Assembly (NCBI RefSeq): GCF_036365525.1
Contig: NW_027140453.1
Coordinates: 124,001 to 188,000, forward strand
Direction: 5' to 3'
Length of the DNA stretch: 64,000 nucleotides
Origin: Heterodontus francisci
Lineage: Eukaryota
The notes beneath the pieces were generated by a model, which saw nothing but the letters and a program-made list of their open reading frames with translations, searched no databases and was not told where the DNA came from. The translations under genes were made by a program, and so were the position numbers. Of the stretch, positions 26,001 through 38,509 are shown piece by piece. Position 1 is the stretch's first letter, and the number at the start of each line of letters is the position of its first letter.

Positions 26001-28931
26001 AGTGCAGCACTCCCTCAGTACTGACCCTCAGACAGTGCAGCACTCCCTCAGTATTGACCCTCCGACAGTACAGCACTCCCTCAGTACTGACCCTCTGACA
26101 TGGCATCATTCCCTCAATAATGACCCTCTGACAGTGCATCACTCCCTCAGTACTGACCCTCTGACAGTGCATCACTCCCTCAGTACTGACCCTCTGACAG
26201 TGCATCACTCCCTCAGTAATGACCCTCTGACAGTGCATCACTCCCTCAGTACAGACCCTCTGACAGTGCATCACTCCCTCAGTACTGACCCTCTGACAGT
26301 GCATCACTCCCTCAGTACTGACCCTCCCACAGTACAGCACTCCCTCAGTACTGACCCTCTGACAGTGCATCACTCCCTCAGTACTGACCCTCTGACAGTG
26401 CATCACTCCTTCAGTGCTGACCCTCTGACAGTGCATCACTCCCTCAGTGCTGACCCTCTGACAGTGCAGCACTCCCTCAGTACTGACCCTCTGACAGTGC
26501 AGCACTCCCTCAGTACTGACCCTCTGACAGTGCAGCACTCCCTCAGTACTGACCCTCTGACAGTGCATCACTCCCTCAGTACTGACCCTCCCACAGTACA
26601 GCACTCCCTCAGTACTGACCGTCTGACAGTGCGGCACTCCCTCAGTACTGACCCTCCCACAGTACAGCACTCCCTCAGTACTGACCCTCCCACAGTACAG
26701 CACTACCTCAGTACTGACCCTCCGACAGTGCATCACTCCCTCAGTACTGACCCTCTGACAGTGCATCACTCCCTCAGTACTGACCCTCTGACAGTGCATC
26801 ACTCACTCAGTACTGACCCTCTGACAGTACAGCACTCCCTCAGTACTGACCCTCTGACAGTGCATCACTCCCTCAGTACTGACCCTCTGACAGTGCAGCA
26901 CTCCCTCAGTACTGACCCTCTGACAGTGCAGCACTCCCTCAGTACTGACCCTCTGACAGTGCAGCACTACTTCAGTACTGACCCTTTGACAGTGCAGCAC
27001 TCCCTCAGTACTGCCCCTCCAACAGTGCGGCACTCCCTCAGTACTGACACTCCGATAGAGCGGTGCTCCCTCTGTACTGACCCTCGGAATGTGCATCACA
27101 CCCTCACTACTGACCCTCTGACAGTGCAGCGCTCCCTCAATACTGACCCTCAGACAGTGAGGCACACCATCAGTACTGACCCTCCGACAGTGTGGCGCAC
27201 CCTCAATACTGACCCTCCGACAGTGCAGCCCTCCCTCAGTACTGACCCTCTGACAGTGCATCACTCCCTCAGTACTGACCCTCTGACAGTGCAGCACTCC
27301 CTCAGTACTGACCCTCTGACAGTGCATCACTCCCTCAGTTCTGACCCTCCCACAGTACAGCACTACCTCAGTACTGACCCTCTGACAGTGCATCACTCCC
27401 TCAGTTCTGACCCTCTGACAGTGCAGCACTCCCTCAGTACTGACCCTCTGACAGTGCAGCACTCCCTCAGTTCTGACCCTCCCACAGTACAGCACTACCT
27501 CAGTACTGACCCTCTGACAGTGTGGCGCACTCTCAGTACTGACCCTCCGTCATTGCGGCACTCCCTCAGTACTGACTCTCTGACAGTGCAGCACTCCCTC
27601 AGTACAGACCCTCTGACAGTGCAGCACTCCCTCAGTACTGACCCTCTGACAGTGCATCACTCAATCAGTACAGACCCTCTGACAGTGCAGCACTCCCTCA
27701 GTACTGGCCCTCTGACAGTGCATCACTCCCTCAGTACTGACGCTCTGACAGTGTGGCACTCTCTCAGTACTGACCCTCTGACAGTGCATCACTCCCTCAG
27801 TACTGACCCTCCCACAGTACAGCACTCCCTCAGTACTGACCCTCTGACAGTGCATCACTCCCTCAGTACTGACCCTCTGACAGTGCATCACTCCCTCAGT
27901 ACTGACCCTCTGACAGTGCATCACTCTCTCAGTACTGACCCTCTGACAGTGCATCACTCCCTCAGTGCTGACCCTCTGATACTGCATCACTCCCTCAGTA
28001 CTGACCCTCTGACAGTGCGTCACTCCCTCAGTACTGACCCTCTGACAGTGCATCACTCCCTCAGTGCTGACCCTCTGATACTGCATCACTCCCTCAGTAC
28101 TGACCCTCTGACAGTGCGTCACTCCCTCAGTACTGACCCTCTGACAGTGCGTCACTCCCTCAGTACTGACCCTCTGACAGTGCATCACTCCCTCAATACT
28201 GACCGTCTGACAGGGCAGCACTCCCTCAGTACTGACCCTTTGACAGTGCAGCACTCCCTCAGTACTGACCCTCCCACAGTGCAGCACTCCCTCAATACTG
28301 ACCCTCTGACAGTGCATCACTCCCTCAGTACTGACACACTGACATTACAGCAGTCCCTCAGTACTGCCCCTACAATGGTGCGGCACTCCCTCAGTGCTGC
28401 CGCTCCGATAGGGCAGTGCTCCCTCAGTACTGACCCTCGGAATGTGCATCACTCCCTCAGTACTGACCCTCCCACAGTACAGCAGTCCTTCAGTACTGAC
28501 CCTTCCGATGGTGCAGCACTCCCTCAGTTCTGACCCTCCAACTGCACGGTTCTCCCTCAGTACTGACCCTCCGACAATGCGGCGCTCCCTCCTCACTGAC
28601 CCTCAGGCAGTGCATCACTCCCTCAGTACTGACCCTCGGGCAGTGTTTCACTCCCTCAATACTGACCCTCTGACAGTGCAGCTCTCCCTCAGTACTGACT
28701 TTCCGACAATGCAGCACTCCCTCAGTACTGACCCTCGGGCATTGCATCGCTCCCCTCAATACTGACCCTCAGGCAGTGTTTCACTCCCTCAGTACTGACT
28801 CCTCCTTCTCCATTCAAGTGGTACTGAGGCCAATGAGCTCATGCCTGAATGAAATCAGCCAGTTCCCTCTCGACTTTTCCTTTGTGGCTCAGTATCGATT
28901 GCGATCGGATTATCCAAACATCACCTGTCAG

Positions 28932-29012
28932 TTCTGGGAGATTTCCCCGAAGGCCATATGTAAATCATGCCCATGGAAATGAGGGAGAGAGTCAGGACAG
29001 GACTGTTAAATA
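28932..29012 (+). promoter_or_regulatory. Putative promoter of the deaminase gene: overlapping kB-like and GAS (STAT) sites plus a TATA-like TTAAATA
   Basis: GGGAGATTTCC 28936-28946, TTCCCCGAA 28943-28951, imperfect TTCTGGGAG 28932-28940 and TTAAATA 29006-29012. This is the only unique sequence upstream of the acceptor at 30854. Confidence 0.4.
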
Positions 29013-29099
29013 CCTGGGTACGTACCACCTCACTCAGACTCAGACGTTCTGCAAAGGGAGTTTGGAACACAGCTAGGCAATCTTATTGGTGTTTCAACT

Positions 29100-30790
29100 C
29101 ACAATCTCTTTCACCCTCTCACTCATTCTTTCACTCTCTATCTTTGTCTATCCTGTCACCCTCTTTCTCTATCTCTCTCTTTCTCTGTCTCTCCCTCTCT
29201 CTTTCTGTCTCATTCTCTGTCTCTTTCTCTCTCTCTCTGTCTTGTTCTCTCTCTCTCTCTGCCACACTCTCTGTTTCCCTCTCCCTCTCTGTCTCCCTCT
29301 CCCTCTCTAACTCTGTGTCTCGCTCACTCTGTCTCTCTCTGTCTCTCATTCTCTCGATCCTTGTCACCCTCTCTCTGTGTGTCTCCCTCTCTTTTTCTCT
29401 CCCTCTGTCTCTCCCTCTCTCTGACTCACTCTCTACCTTTCTCTCTCTCACTCTGTCTCAGATTCTGTCCCTCTCTCTGTCTCTCCCTCTCTCTGACTCA
29501 CTCACAATCTTTCTCTCTNNNNNNNNNNNNNNNNNNNNNNNNNNNNNNNNNNNNNNNNNNNNNNNNNNNNNNNNNNNNNNNNNNNNNNNNNNNNNNNNNN
29601 NNNNNNNNNNNNNNNNNNNNNNNNNNNNNNNNNNNNNNNNNNNNNNNNNNTCTCTCTATGCTTGTCTCCCTCTCTCTCACACACACTCTCTCTTTCTGTC
29701 TCTTTCTCTGTTTCTCCCTTTCTCTGTCTCAGTCACTGCCTCTTTCTTTTTCTCTGTCTCTGCCACTCTCTCTTTCGCTCTCTGTCTCTCTGTATTTCTC
29801 TCACTCTCTATCCTTGTCACGTTCTCTCTCTCGCTCACACTCTCTCTGTCTCCCTCTGTCTCTCTCACTCACTCCCTTTCTTTCTCTCTATCTTTGTCAC
29901 CCCCTCTCTGTCAGTCCCTCTCTGTCTCTTTCTCTCTCTGACTCACTCACTCTTTCTTCTCTCTATGCTTGTCCCCCTCTCTCTCAGACACTCTCTTTCT
30001 CTCTCTTTTTCACTCACTGTCTCTTTCGTTCTCTCTGTCTCTCCCCATCTTTCTTTCTCTCTGTGTCTCTCTCTTTCTCTCTCTCTCTTGCTTTCTCTAT
30101 TTCTCTCTCTATCCTTGTCATGCGCACTCTCTTTCTCTCTCATTCATTCTCTCCCTCCCTTTCTGCATTTCTCACTCGCTCTCTATTTCTCTCTCTCGAT
30201 GCTTGTCCCCCTCTTTCACACATTCTCTCTCTCTTTCTGTCTCGTTCTCTATCTTTCCCTCTGTGTCTCACTCACTGTCTCTTTCTTTCTCTGTCTGGCT
30301 CTCCCTATCTCCCTTTCTCTGTGTGTGTTTCCCTATTCTCGTTACGCTCTCTCTCTCCCATGCACTCATGCTCTCTGTCTCTTTCACATACTCACTTATC
30401 CTCTATCTCCCTCTCTCTTTATCTCTGTCTCTATATCTTTGTCACCCTCTTCTCCATGTCTCTCACTCATTCCCCTCTCTTTCTGTATCTTTGTCACCCT
30501 CTGTCTCTCACTCGCTCTCTATCTTTCACTCTCAAAACTTGTCACCCTCTCTCTCACACTCTATCTCTCTTTCTCTGTCTCCGTCTCTGTCTCTTTCTTT
30601 CTCTGTCTGCCTCTCTCCATCTCTCTGTCTGTCTCCCTCTATCTCTGTCTTTCTGTCTCCCTCTCTGTCTCTGTCTCTCAGTCGCTCTCTATCTTTGTCT
30701 CTCTCTTGTAGTTTCTCTCACTTCCTCTCTATCTCTCTGTCTCTATCTTTGTCGCCCTCTATCTATCTCACTCTCTGTCACTCTCGCAAT
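29100..30790. repeat. CT-rich low-complexity tract
   Basis: Imperfect (CT)n/(CTGT)n. Confidence 0.95.
29519..29650. other. Assembly gap (132 N)
   Basis: Run of N. Confidence 1.
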
Positions 30791-30882
30791 GACGGGGTTT
30801 TCAATTTGACACTCTGCCCCTTTGCTGACCTCAGCCGTTTGTTCCCTCATTCAGGATTTGGAGTGTGCTGGAAGATCCCACA

Positions 30883-30980
30883 ATGCGGACTGTCTGCTTG
30901 TTCCTGTTGGTGCTGTTCTGGGTCCCTGAGTCAGTTGCGACTGAACTAGATAGCACTGTCTTGGCAGACATTATCCACCG
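30883..30980 (+). CDS. Secreted AID/APOBEC-like deaminase (SNAD-type), first coding exon: signal peptide
   Basis: Acceptor TTCCCTCATTCAG ends at 30854; ATG at 30883; encodes MRTVCLFLLVLFWVPESVATELDSTVLADIIH + CG, followed by the donor GTAAGT at 30981 (phase 2). Absent from the ORF track. Confidence 0.88.
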
Positions 30981-31199
30981 GTAAGTGGTCATCCTGCCCA
31001 GGCCTTTCACCATTCCCTGACAGGGTTAGGCTGTGAGAACGGCCCAGGTCTACTCTCCTGGGCTAAGGCTCCACTCTTTCACAGTGATGCGGGGGAGCAG
31101 GGCCGAGTCCAGTTAAATTAAAATAACATGGAGCTACAGAGAGGGGAAGGTGAGAGAGAAAGGACTAAGAGTGCGACAGTCACTTCATCAATAATCTGC

Positions 31200-34100
31200 C
31201 TCACTGACCCCACACACTGACCCCGCTCACTGACCCCGCTCACTGACCCCACTCACTGACCCCACTCACTGACCCCTCTCACTGACCCCACTCACTGACC
31301 CCTCTCACTGACCCCTCTCACTGAACCCACTCACTGACCCCTCTCACTGACCCCACTCACTGTCCCCTCTCACTGACCCCTCTCACTGATCCATCTCACT
31401 GACCCCACTCACTGACCCCTCTCACTGACCCCTCTCACTGACCCCACTCACTGACCCCTCTCACTGACCCCACTCACTGACCCCTCTCACTGACCCCTCT
31501 CACTGAACCCACTCACTGACCCCTCTCACTGACCCCACTCACTGTCCCCTCTCACTGACCCCACACACTGACCCCGCTCACTGACCCCTCTCACTGACCC
31601 CACTCACTGACCCCTCTCACTGACCCCACTCACTGTCCCCTCTCACTGACCCCTCTCACTGACCCCTCTCACTGTCCCCTCTCACTGACCCCTCTCACTG
31701 ATCCATCTCACTGACCCCACTCACTGACCCCTCTCACTGACCCCGCTCACTGAACCCACTCACTGTCCCCTCTCACTGACCCCTCTCACTGACCCCTCTC
31801 ACTGAACCCACTCACTGACCCCTCTCACTGACCCCACTCACTGTCCCCTCTCACTGACCCCTCTCACTGATCCATCTCACTGATCCCACTCACTGACCCC
31901 ACAAACTGACCCCTCTCACTGACCCCGCTCACTGACCCCACTCACTGACCCCGCTCACTGACCCCACTCACTGACCCCTCTCACTGACCCCTCTCACTGA
32001 CCCCACTCACTGACCCCTCTCACTGACCCCTCTCACTGACCCCACACACTGACCCCGCTCACTGACCCCTCTCACTGACCCCACTCACTGACCTCTCTCA
32101 CTGACCCCATTCACTGACCCCTCTCACTGACCCCACTCACTGTCCCCTCTCACTGACCCCTCTCACTGACCCCTCTCACTGTCCCCTCTCACTGACCCCT
32201 CTCACTGATCCATCTCACTGACCCCACTCACTGACCCCTCTCACTGACCCCGCTCACTGAACCCACTCACTGTCCCCTCTCACTGACCCCACTCACTGAT
32301 CCATCTCACTGACCCCACTCACTGACCCCACAAACTGACCCCTCTCACTGACCCCACTCACTGACCCCACTCACTGACCCCTCTCACTGACCCCACTCAC
32401 TGAGCCCACTCACTGACCCCTCTCACTGAACACACTCACTGACCCCTCTCACTGACCCCTCTCACTGAACCCACTCACTGACCCCTCTCACTGACCCCAC
32501 TCACTGTCCCCTCTCACTGACCCCACTCACTGACCCCTCTCACTGATCCATCTCACTGACCCCTCTCACTGACCCCACTCACTGACCCCACAAACTGACC
32601 CCTCTCACTGACCCCGCTCACTGACCCCACTCACTGACCCCTCTCACTGACCCCTCTCACTGACCCCTCTCACTGACCCCGCTCACTGACCCCGCTCACT
32701 GACCCCACTCACTGACCCCACAAACTGACCCCGCTCACTGACCCCGCTCACTGACCCCACTCACTGACCCCTCTCACTGACCCCACTCACTGACCCCTCT
32801 CACTGACCCCTCTCACTGACCCCACTCACTGTCCCCTCTCACTGACCCCTCTCACTGACCCCTCTCACTGATCCATCTCACTGACCCCTCTCACTGACCC
32901 CACTCACTGACCCCACAAACTGACCCCTCTCACTGACCCCGCTCACTGACCCCACTCACTGACCCCTCTCACTGACCCCTCTCACTGACCCCGCTCACTG
33001 ACCCCACTCACTGACCCCTCTCACTGACCCCTCTCACTGACCCCTCTCACTGACCCCTCTCACTGACCCCACTCACTGACCCCACTCACTGACCCCTCTC
33101 ACTGATCCATCTCACTGACCCCTCTCACTGACCCCACTCACTGACCCCACAAACTGACCCCTCTCACTGACCCCGCTCACTGACCCCACTCACTGACCCC
33201 ACTCACTGACCCCTCTCACTGACCCCTCTCACTGACCCCTCTCACTGACCCCTCTCACTGACCCCTCTCACTGAACCCACTCACTGTCCCCTCTCACTGA
33301 ACCCACTCACTGATCCATCTCACTGACCCCACTCACTGACCCCACAAACTGACCCCTCTCACTGACCCCACTCACTGACCCCACTTACTGACCCCACTCA
33401 CTGACCCCTCTCACTGACCCCACTCACTGACCCCTCTCACTGACCCCACTCACTGACCCCACTCACTGACCCCACTCACTGACCCCACTCACTGACCCCT
33501 CTCACTGGCCCCACTCACTGGCCCCACTCACTGTCCCCTCTCACTGACCCCACTCACTGACCCCTCTCACTGACCCCTCTCACTGACCCCTCTCACTGAC
33601 CCCACTCACTGACCCCTCTCACTGACCCCTCTCACTGAGCCCACTCACTGAGCCCATTCACTGACCCCTCTCACTGACCCCTCTCACTGACCCCTCTCAC
33701 TGACCCCTCTCACTGGCCCCTCTCACTGGCCCCACTCACTGTCCCCACTCACTGACTCCACTCACTGACCCCTCTCACAGACTCCGCTCACTGACCCCTC
33801 TCACTGACCCCTCTCACTGACCCCGCTCACTGACCCCACTCACTGACCCCACTCACTGACCCCACTCACTGACCCCACTCACTGACCCCACTCACTGACC
33901 CCTCTCACTGACCCCACTCACTGACCCCTCTCACTGGCCCCTCTCACTGGCCCCACTCACTGACCCCACTCACTGACCCCTCTCACTGACCCCACTCACT
34001 GGCCCCACTCACTGTCCCCTCTCACTGACCCCTCTCACTGACCCCACTCACTGACCCCTCTCACTGACCCCTCTCACTGACCCCTCTCACTGACCCCTCT

Positions 34101-35005
34101 CACTGACCCCACTCACTGACCCCTCTCACTGACCCCTCTCACTGAGCCCACTCACTGAGCCCATTCACTGACCCCTCTCACTGACCCCTCTCACTGACCC
34201 CTCTCACTGGCCCCTCTCACTGGCCCCACTCACTGTCCCCACTCACTGACTCCACTCACTGACCCCTCTCACAGACTCCGCTCACTGACCCCTCTCACTG
34301 ACCCCTCTCACTGACCCCGCTCACTGACCCCACTCACTGACCCCACTCACTGACCCCTCTCACTGACCCCTCTCACTGACCCCACTCACTGACCCCACTC
34401 ACTGATCCCGCTCACTGACCCCGCTCACTGACCCCGCTCACTGACCTCTGTTACTGACACCACTTACTGACCCCACTCACCGACCCCACTCACCGACCCA
34501 CTCACCGATCCCTCTCCCCGACCCCTCTCACTGGCCCCACTCACTGGCCCCACTCACTGACCCCACTCACTGACCCCTCTGACTGACCCTGCTCACTGAC
34601 CCCACTCACTGACTCCACTCACTGACCCCGCACACTGACTCCACTCACTGACCCCACTTACTGACCCCTCTCACTGAAACCACTCACTGACCCCTCTCAC
34701 TGACTCCGCTCGCTGACCCGGCTCACAGACCCCTTTCACTGATACCACTCACTGACCCCTCTCACTGACCCCGCTCACTGACCCCTCTCACTGACCCCGC
34801 TCACTGACCCCTCTCACTGACCCCTCTCACTGACCCCTCTCACTGACCCCGCTCACTGACCCCGCTCACTGTCCCCTCTCACTGTCCCCTCTCACTGTCC
34901 CCTCTCACTGTCCCCTCTCACTGACCCCACTCACTGTCCCCTCTCACTGACCCCCTCACTGACCCCGCTCACTGACCGCACGCACAGACCCCGCTCACTG
35001 ACCTC
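31200..35005. repeat. 13-bp minisatellite (CTCACTGACCCC[T/A/G]) filling the deaminase gene intron
   Basis: Directly visible ~3.8-kb tandem array. Confidence 0.97.
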
Positions 35006-35009
35006 GCTC

Positions 35010-35462
35010 CTCTCCGCCTGTCTCTCTCTCTCTCCCTGTTGCTCTGTGTCTTTCTCTCTTTCTCTCTCTCTCTGTCTTCTGTTCTATTTATCTTTTTGTG
35101 TCTGTTTCTATTAATCTGTCACTCTCTTTCTCCTCTGTCTCTCTCCCTGCTCGACTGCCTGTCTATCTCTCTCTCCCTCTATCTCTATCACTTTATCCTT
35201 TTTCAGTTTATCACTGCCTCTGTTCCCTCTCTCTGCTTCTATCTGTATCTGTCTCCATCTTGTTCTTCCTTTCTCTGTCTCTATCTGTTTCTGTCTCCAC
35301 AACTCTTCCTTTCTCTGGCTTTGTTTCTATCTCACTATCTCTGTCTCTTCTGCTCTCTTCTACCCTCCCTCTATCACATTCTCTGTCTCCCTCCCTCCAT
35401 CCATCTCTCCACCTCTTTGTTTCTCCCTTGCTCTTGTTCCCATCCCTCTTTCCATCTCTGTT
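35010..35462. repeat. CT-rich low-complexity tract
   Basis: Imperfect (CT)n. Confidence 0.9.
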
Positions 35463-35539
35463 TCATTGGAAGGAGTTCATTCGGTCCCGTCCTTTCCAAT
35501 GTCGGAAATTAATGACCAAAATTATTGAAATGCCACAGC

Positions 35540-35665
35540 ATACAAGACTACGGGCCAAGTGCTGGGAAATAGGATTAGAATAGTTAGGTGCTTGATGGCC
35601 GGCACAGACACGATGGGCCGAAGGGCCTGTTTCTGTGCTGTGTAACTCTTTGACTCTCTGACTCA
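35540..35665 (+). mobile_element. CR1 LINE 3' end
   Basis: GATGGGCCGAAGGGCCTGTTTCTGTGCTGT followed by an (ACTCTNTG)n tail. Confidence 0.8.
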
Positions 35666-35817
35666 AACTCCCAGTTTCCCTCCTTCCACCATGAGGTCTG
35701 GTATTAAATAGGCAGGTTCTGGTCTGTGACCATAATCCACATCATACTGACCTGGCACAGGTCGAATTTCATTCACAATTCCTACCTTGACTCTCACTTT
35801 GTGTTTGTCCCTTTCAG

Positions 35818-36460
35818 ATTCCGACAAGTGTCTGGCCAGCAGCCCAGCAGTACGAGTGGGGGAGGACAGTTCACCTTCCTGATGGTGTTAACTCCTCAAC
35901 AATGCACCGGTGCCAATATCAATCAGAATGTACAATTCAGACCCTCTGATTCAGGAAGACCGGTTATTGGCGGCGGTGTGAATTACTTCCTCAACCGTCG
36001 ATCAGTAAACTACATCGCAGTTTACCCCAACACAGGAAGTCGCTGCTCAGAGAATAAACTGTTACACTTCACTCAGGAGGATCAACGCTATGGGCAGACT
36101 GACAGTGCAGCTCGGCTGCTTCAGAATAGCATCAATAACCAGGGGCTGCAGGTTGGCTGTGTCATTCTCTACACCACCTACACCCCCTGCATCCAGAGCT
36201 GCTTCAGTGGCAATGAGAATTGTGACATCCTCGGCCCCTTAGGCAGCGCACCCTTTAGTACCACCTGGGACAACACAAACATTCATAAGTATTTTGTCTT
36301 CAGCAAATTATACCCACTCGACAATAATGCAGATAAGATCCCCACAGTCCAAGGCAAGCTGGGACAAGTTACCCAGGCACGCTTTCACATCAGAAAGTGT
36401 GATGGGGCCAACAACCAAATACAGTGTCAGGACTGCAGCAGCCCTAGGTACTGTATCTAG
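35818..36460 (+). CDS. Secreted AID/APOBEC-like deaminase (SNAD-type), catalytic exon; full protein 246 aa
   Basis: Acceptor TTTGTGTTTGTCCCTTTCAG ends at 35817 and joins in frame (CG+A = Arg). Motifs QFTFLMVLTPQQC, IAVYP, RCSENKLL, CVILYTTYTPCIQSC, KYFVFSKLYPLD and a C-terminal RKC..C..C..C follow the SNAD deaminase layout. TAG at 36458-36460. Confidence 0.88.
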
Positions 36461-36582
36461 TAAACAGTCTCACTACAGGAGGCAATAGCAGATCAGAGAG
36501 TCCCAGGAAAACAGTGTAAATCATTCTATTACTCTAGAAATCTATCTACTTCCATTTTATTCTGTTAATAATGCAGCTTTCC

Positions 36583-36855
36583 CCAGATCACTCTCTATAA
36601 TAATCCCTCATTCTCCAGATCACTCTCTATAATAATCCCTCATTCTCCAGATCACTCTCTATAATAATCCCTCATTCCCCAGATCACTCCCCATAATAAT
36701 CCTTCATTGTCCAGGTCACTCTCTATAATAATCCCTCATTCTCCAGATCACTCTCTATAAAAATCCCTCATTCTCCAGATCACTCCCCATAATAATCCTT
36801 CATTGTCCAGGTCACTCTCTATAATAATGCCTCATTCTCCAGGTCACTCCCTACA
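36583..36855. repeat. 32-bp tandem repeat (CCAGATCACTCTCTATAATAATCCCTCATTCT), ~8 copies, in the probable 3' UTR
   Basis: Directly visible. A candidate AATAAA lies at 36960-36965. Confidence 0.92.
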
Positions 36856-37864
36856 ATGATGCAGAACAACAGTGAGAAGGATTTCAAACATTGAGCTGGA
36901 AAATTGTGTTTCACTTCAAACCAAGAGCGCACTAATTCCCTAATGGGACACTGTGGATGAATAAAGACATGAGGGTGTTGGGGAAGGGGAGGAAGGAGTG
37001 TACACTCTGTACATGGGTGGCAGGGGTCAGCACGCCAAGAGAGAAAGTGAAGGGAAGTCAAGTCCAACAATTAGGAAGTCAGATTTGATCGGACAGTAGG
37101 GAGTGAATTTACTGATTATATAATTCATCTTGTAATTGATCTGGGAGATGTGTTAAACACATTGCTATATATTCTCAGTCATGCTCTGTAATCTTCCTCC
37201 AATCATTGAACACTGCAGTTTATGGATCATTTCACTAATCGCTGTTGAGCTGATTAAATTGTTTGATTGGCAGTGATAATATTTTTGGACCATTGTATCG
37301 AGTCCAATGGGTTGCAACCAGGATTACTGAGTGATTTCTCTCTGCAACTTTTAATCTTTAATAAAGCTTATCTGGGCATTAACCTGCAATCTGTTTTTAT
37401 ATGTGTGACTTCACTCATTCTCCCGGGGATAAAGTTACTTTTATCACAATTAAACGACTGTTTGATCTCTTCCGCACACACACACAATCTCTCTCTCTCT
37501 CTCGCTTTCTGCCTTTCTCTCTGTCCCAGGCTTTCCTTATCTTGGGCACTCCACCTCTCATTCATTTTTCTCACTTTATGTACACCCTCTTTTCCTCTAA
37601 TTTCTCATTTTCCTTCTTACTCTGTCTCCATCACCCATTCTCTCGTCGTCTCTCCGTCTCTCTATTTTCCTTTCCATTTCGTTCCCCCCCCACATCCCCC
37701 CTCTCTCTCTTCTCTATTTCATTCTCTGTTACTTGCTCCCGAACACTCTTGCTCTTTGTGGTTGGTTTATCTCCGACTTCTCCAATCTATCTTCAATAAC
37801 TGAAATTCCTCATCCCTGGAACCATACTCGTGAATCTTTTCCGTTCTCTCTCCCTATTACTTAT

Positions 37865-38200
37865 AAACAGGGTATATGCAGGTAAGATGTTTCCCTTGGT
37901 TGGGGAGTCTACAACCAAGGTGCACAATTTCAAAATAAGGGGGAAGCCACTTGGGACTGAGATGAGGAGAAATTTCTTTACTCAGAGGGTTGTGAATCTT
38001 TGGAATTCTCTATCCCAGAGGGCTGTGGAAGCTCAGTCATTGAGTATGTTTAAAGCAGAGATTAACAGATTTCTAAATACCAATGACAAAAAGGGATATG
38101 AGGATAGTCTGGGGAAAAGACATTGAAGTGGATGATCAGCCATGATAGTATTGAATGGCAGAGCAGGCTCAATGGGCTGAATGGCCTAATCCTGCTCCCT
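37865..38200 (+). mobile_element. CR1 LINE ORF2 C-terminus/3' UTR fragment
   Basis: Translation RRNFFTQRVVNLWNSL is typical of the CR1 RT C-terminus; CR1 3' tail follows. Confidence 0.88.
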
Positions 38201-38509
38201 GTCTCACTGCAGTTACTGTTCCCTCTCACCATCTTAAATCCTTAAAAAAATTAAACACCTCCATTAGATTCCCCTGTCAATATTCTCATGTCGGGACTGC
38301 AAGCCTTGTCTATGCAACATTTCTTCATAATTTAGCAGACTGGATGCTGGTGAAGTTAATGCATGGTTTCGGTTCTGGGAGCTGTGTCACTTTATTGCTG
38401 CTGGCTGAGCTTCTGAATTATAAATAGACAAGCTTGGAAATAGTTAACAGATCAGACAGCCTCTGTGGGGAGAGAAAAGAAGTTAACATCATCAGCGAGA
38501 GAGGGACCA

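Larger units (their letters stand above)
1..28800. repeat. 33-bp minisatellite/macrosatellite array (consensus CACTCCCTCAGTACTGACCCTCTGACAGTGCAG), interrupted by repeated unique blocks
   Basis: Hundreds of directly visible tandem 33-mers. The 11-aa periodicity (HSLSTDPLTVQ / CQRVSTEGVLH) in the ORF track confirms the unit length. Confidence 0.98.

Noticed and set aside
1-28765. Very long ORFs (up to 1492 aa) on both strands
   Set aside because: A 33-bp unit that is stop-free in one frame per strand automatically gives long ORFs. Frameshifts are scattered, starts are arbitrary and no domain is present.
1-28800. CRISPR-like appearance (33-bp repeat with an internal palindrome)
   Set aside because: Units are head-to-tail with no unique spacers, no cas genes are present and the context is vertebrate.
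28967-30949. Ser/Leu-rich and Arg/Glu-rich ORFs
   Set aside because: Translations of CT/GA low-complexity DNA, some spanning an N gap.
35726-35817. ORF-track N-terminus of the 244-aa ORF
   Set aside because: It has a GTG start inside the intron. A strong acceptor at 35817 and the upstream signal-peptide exon explain the gene better.
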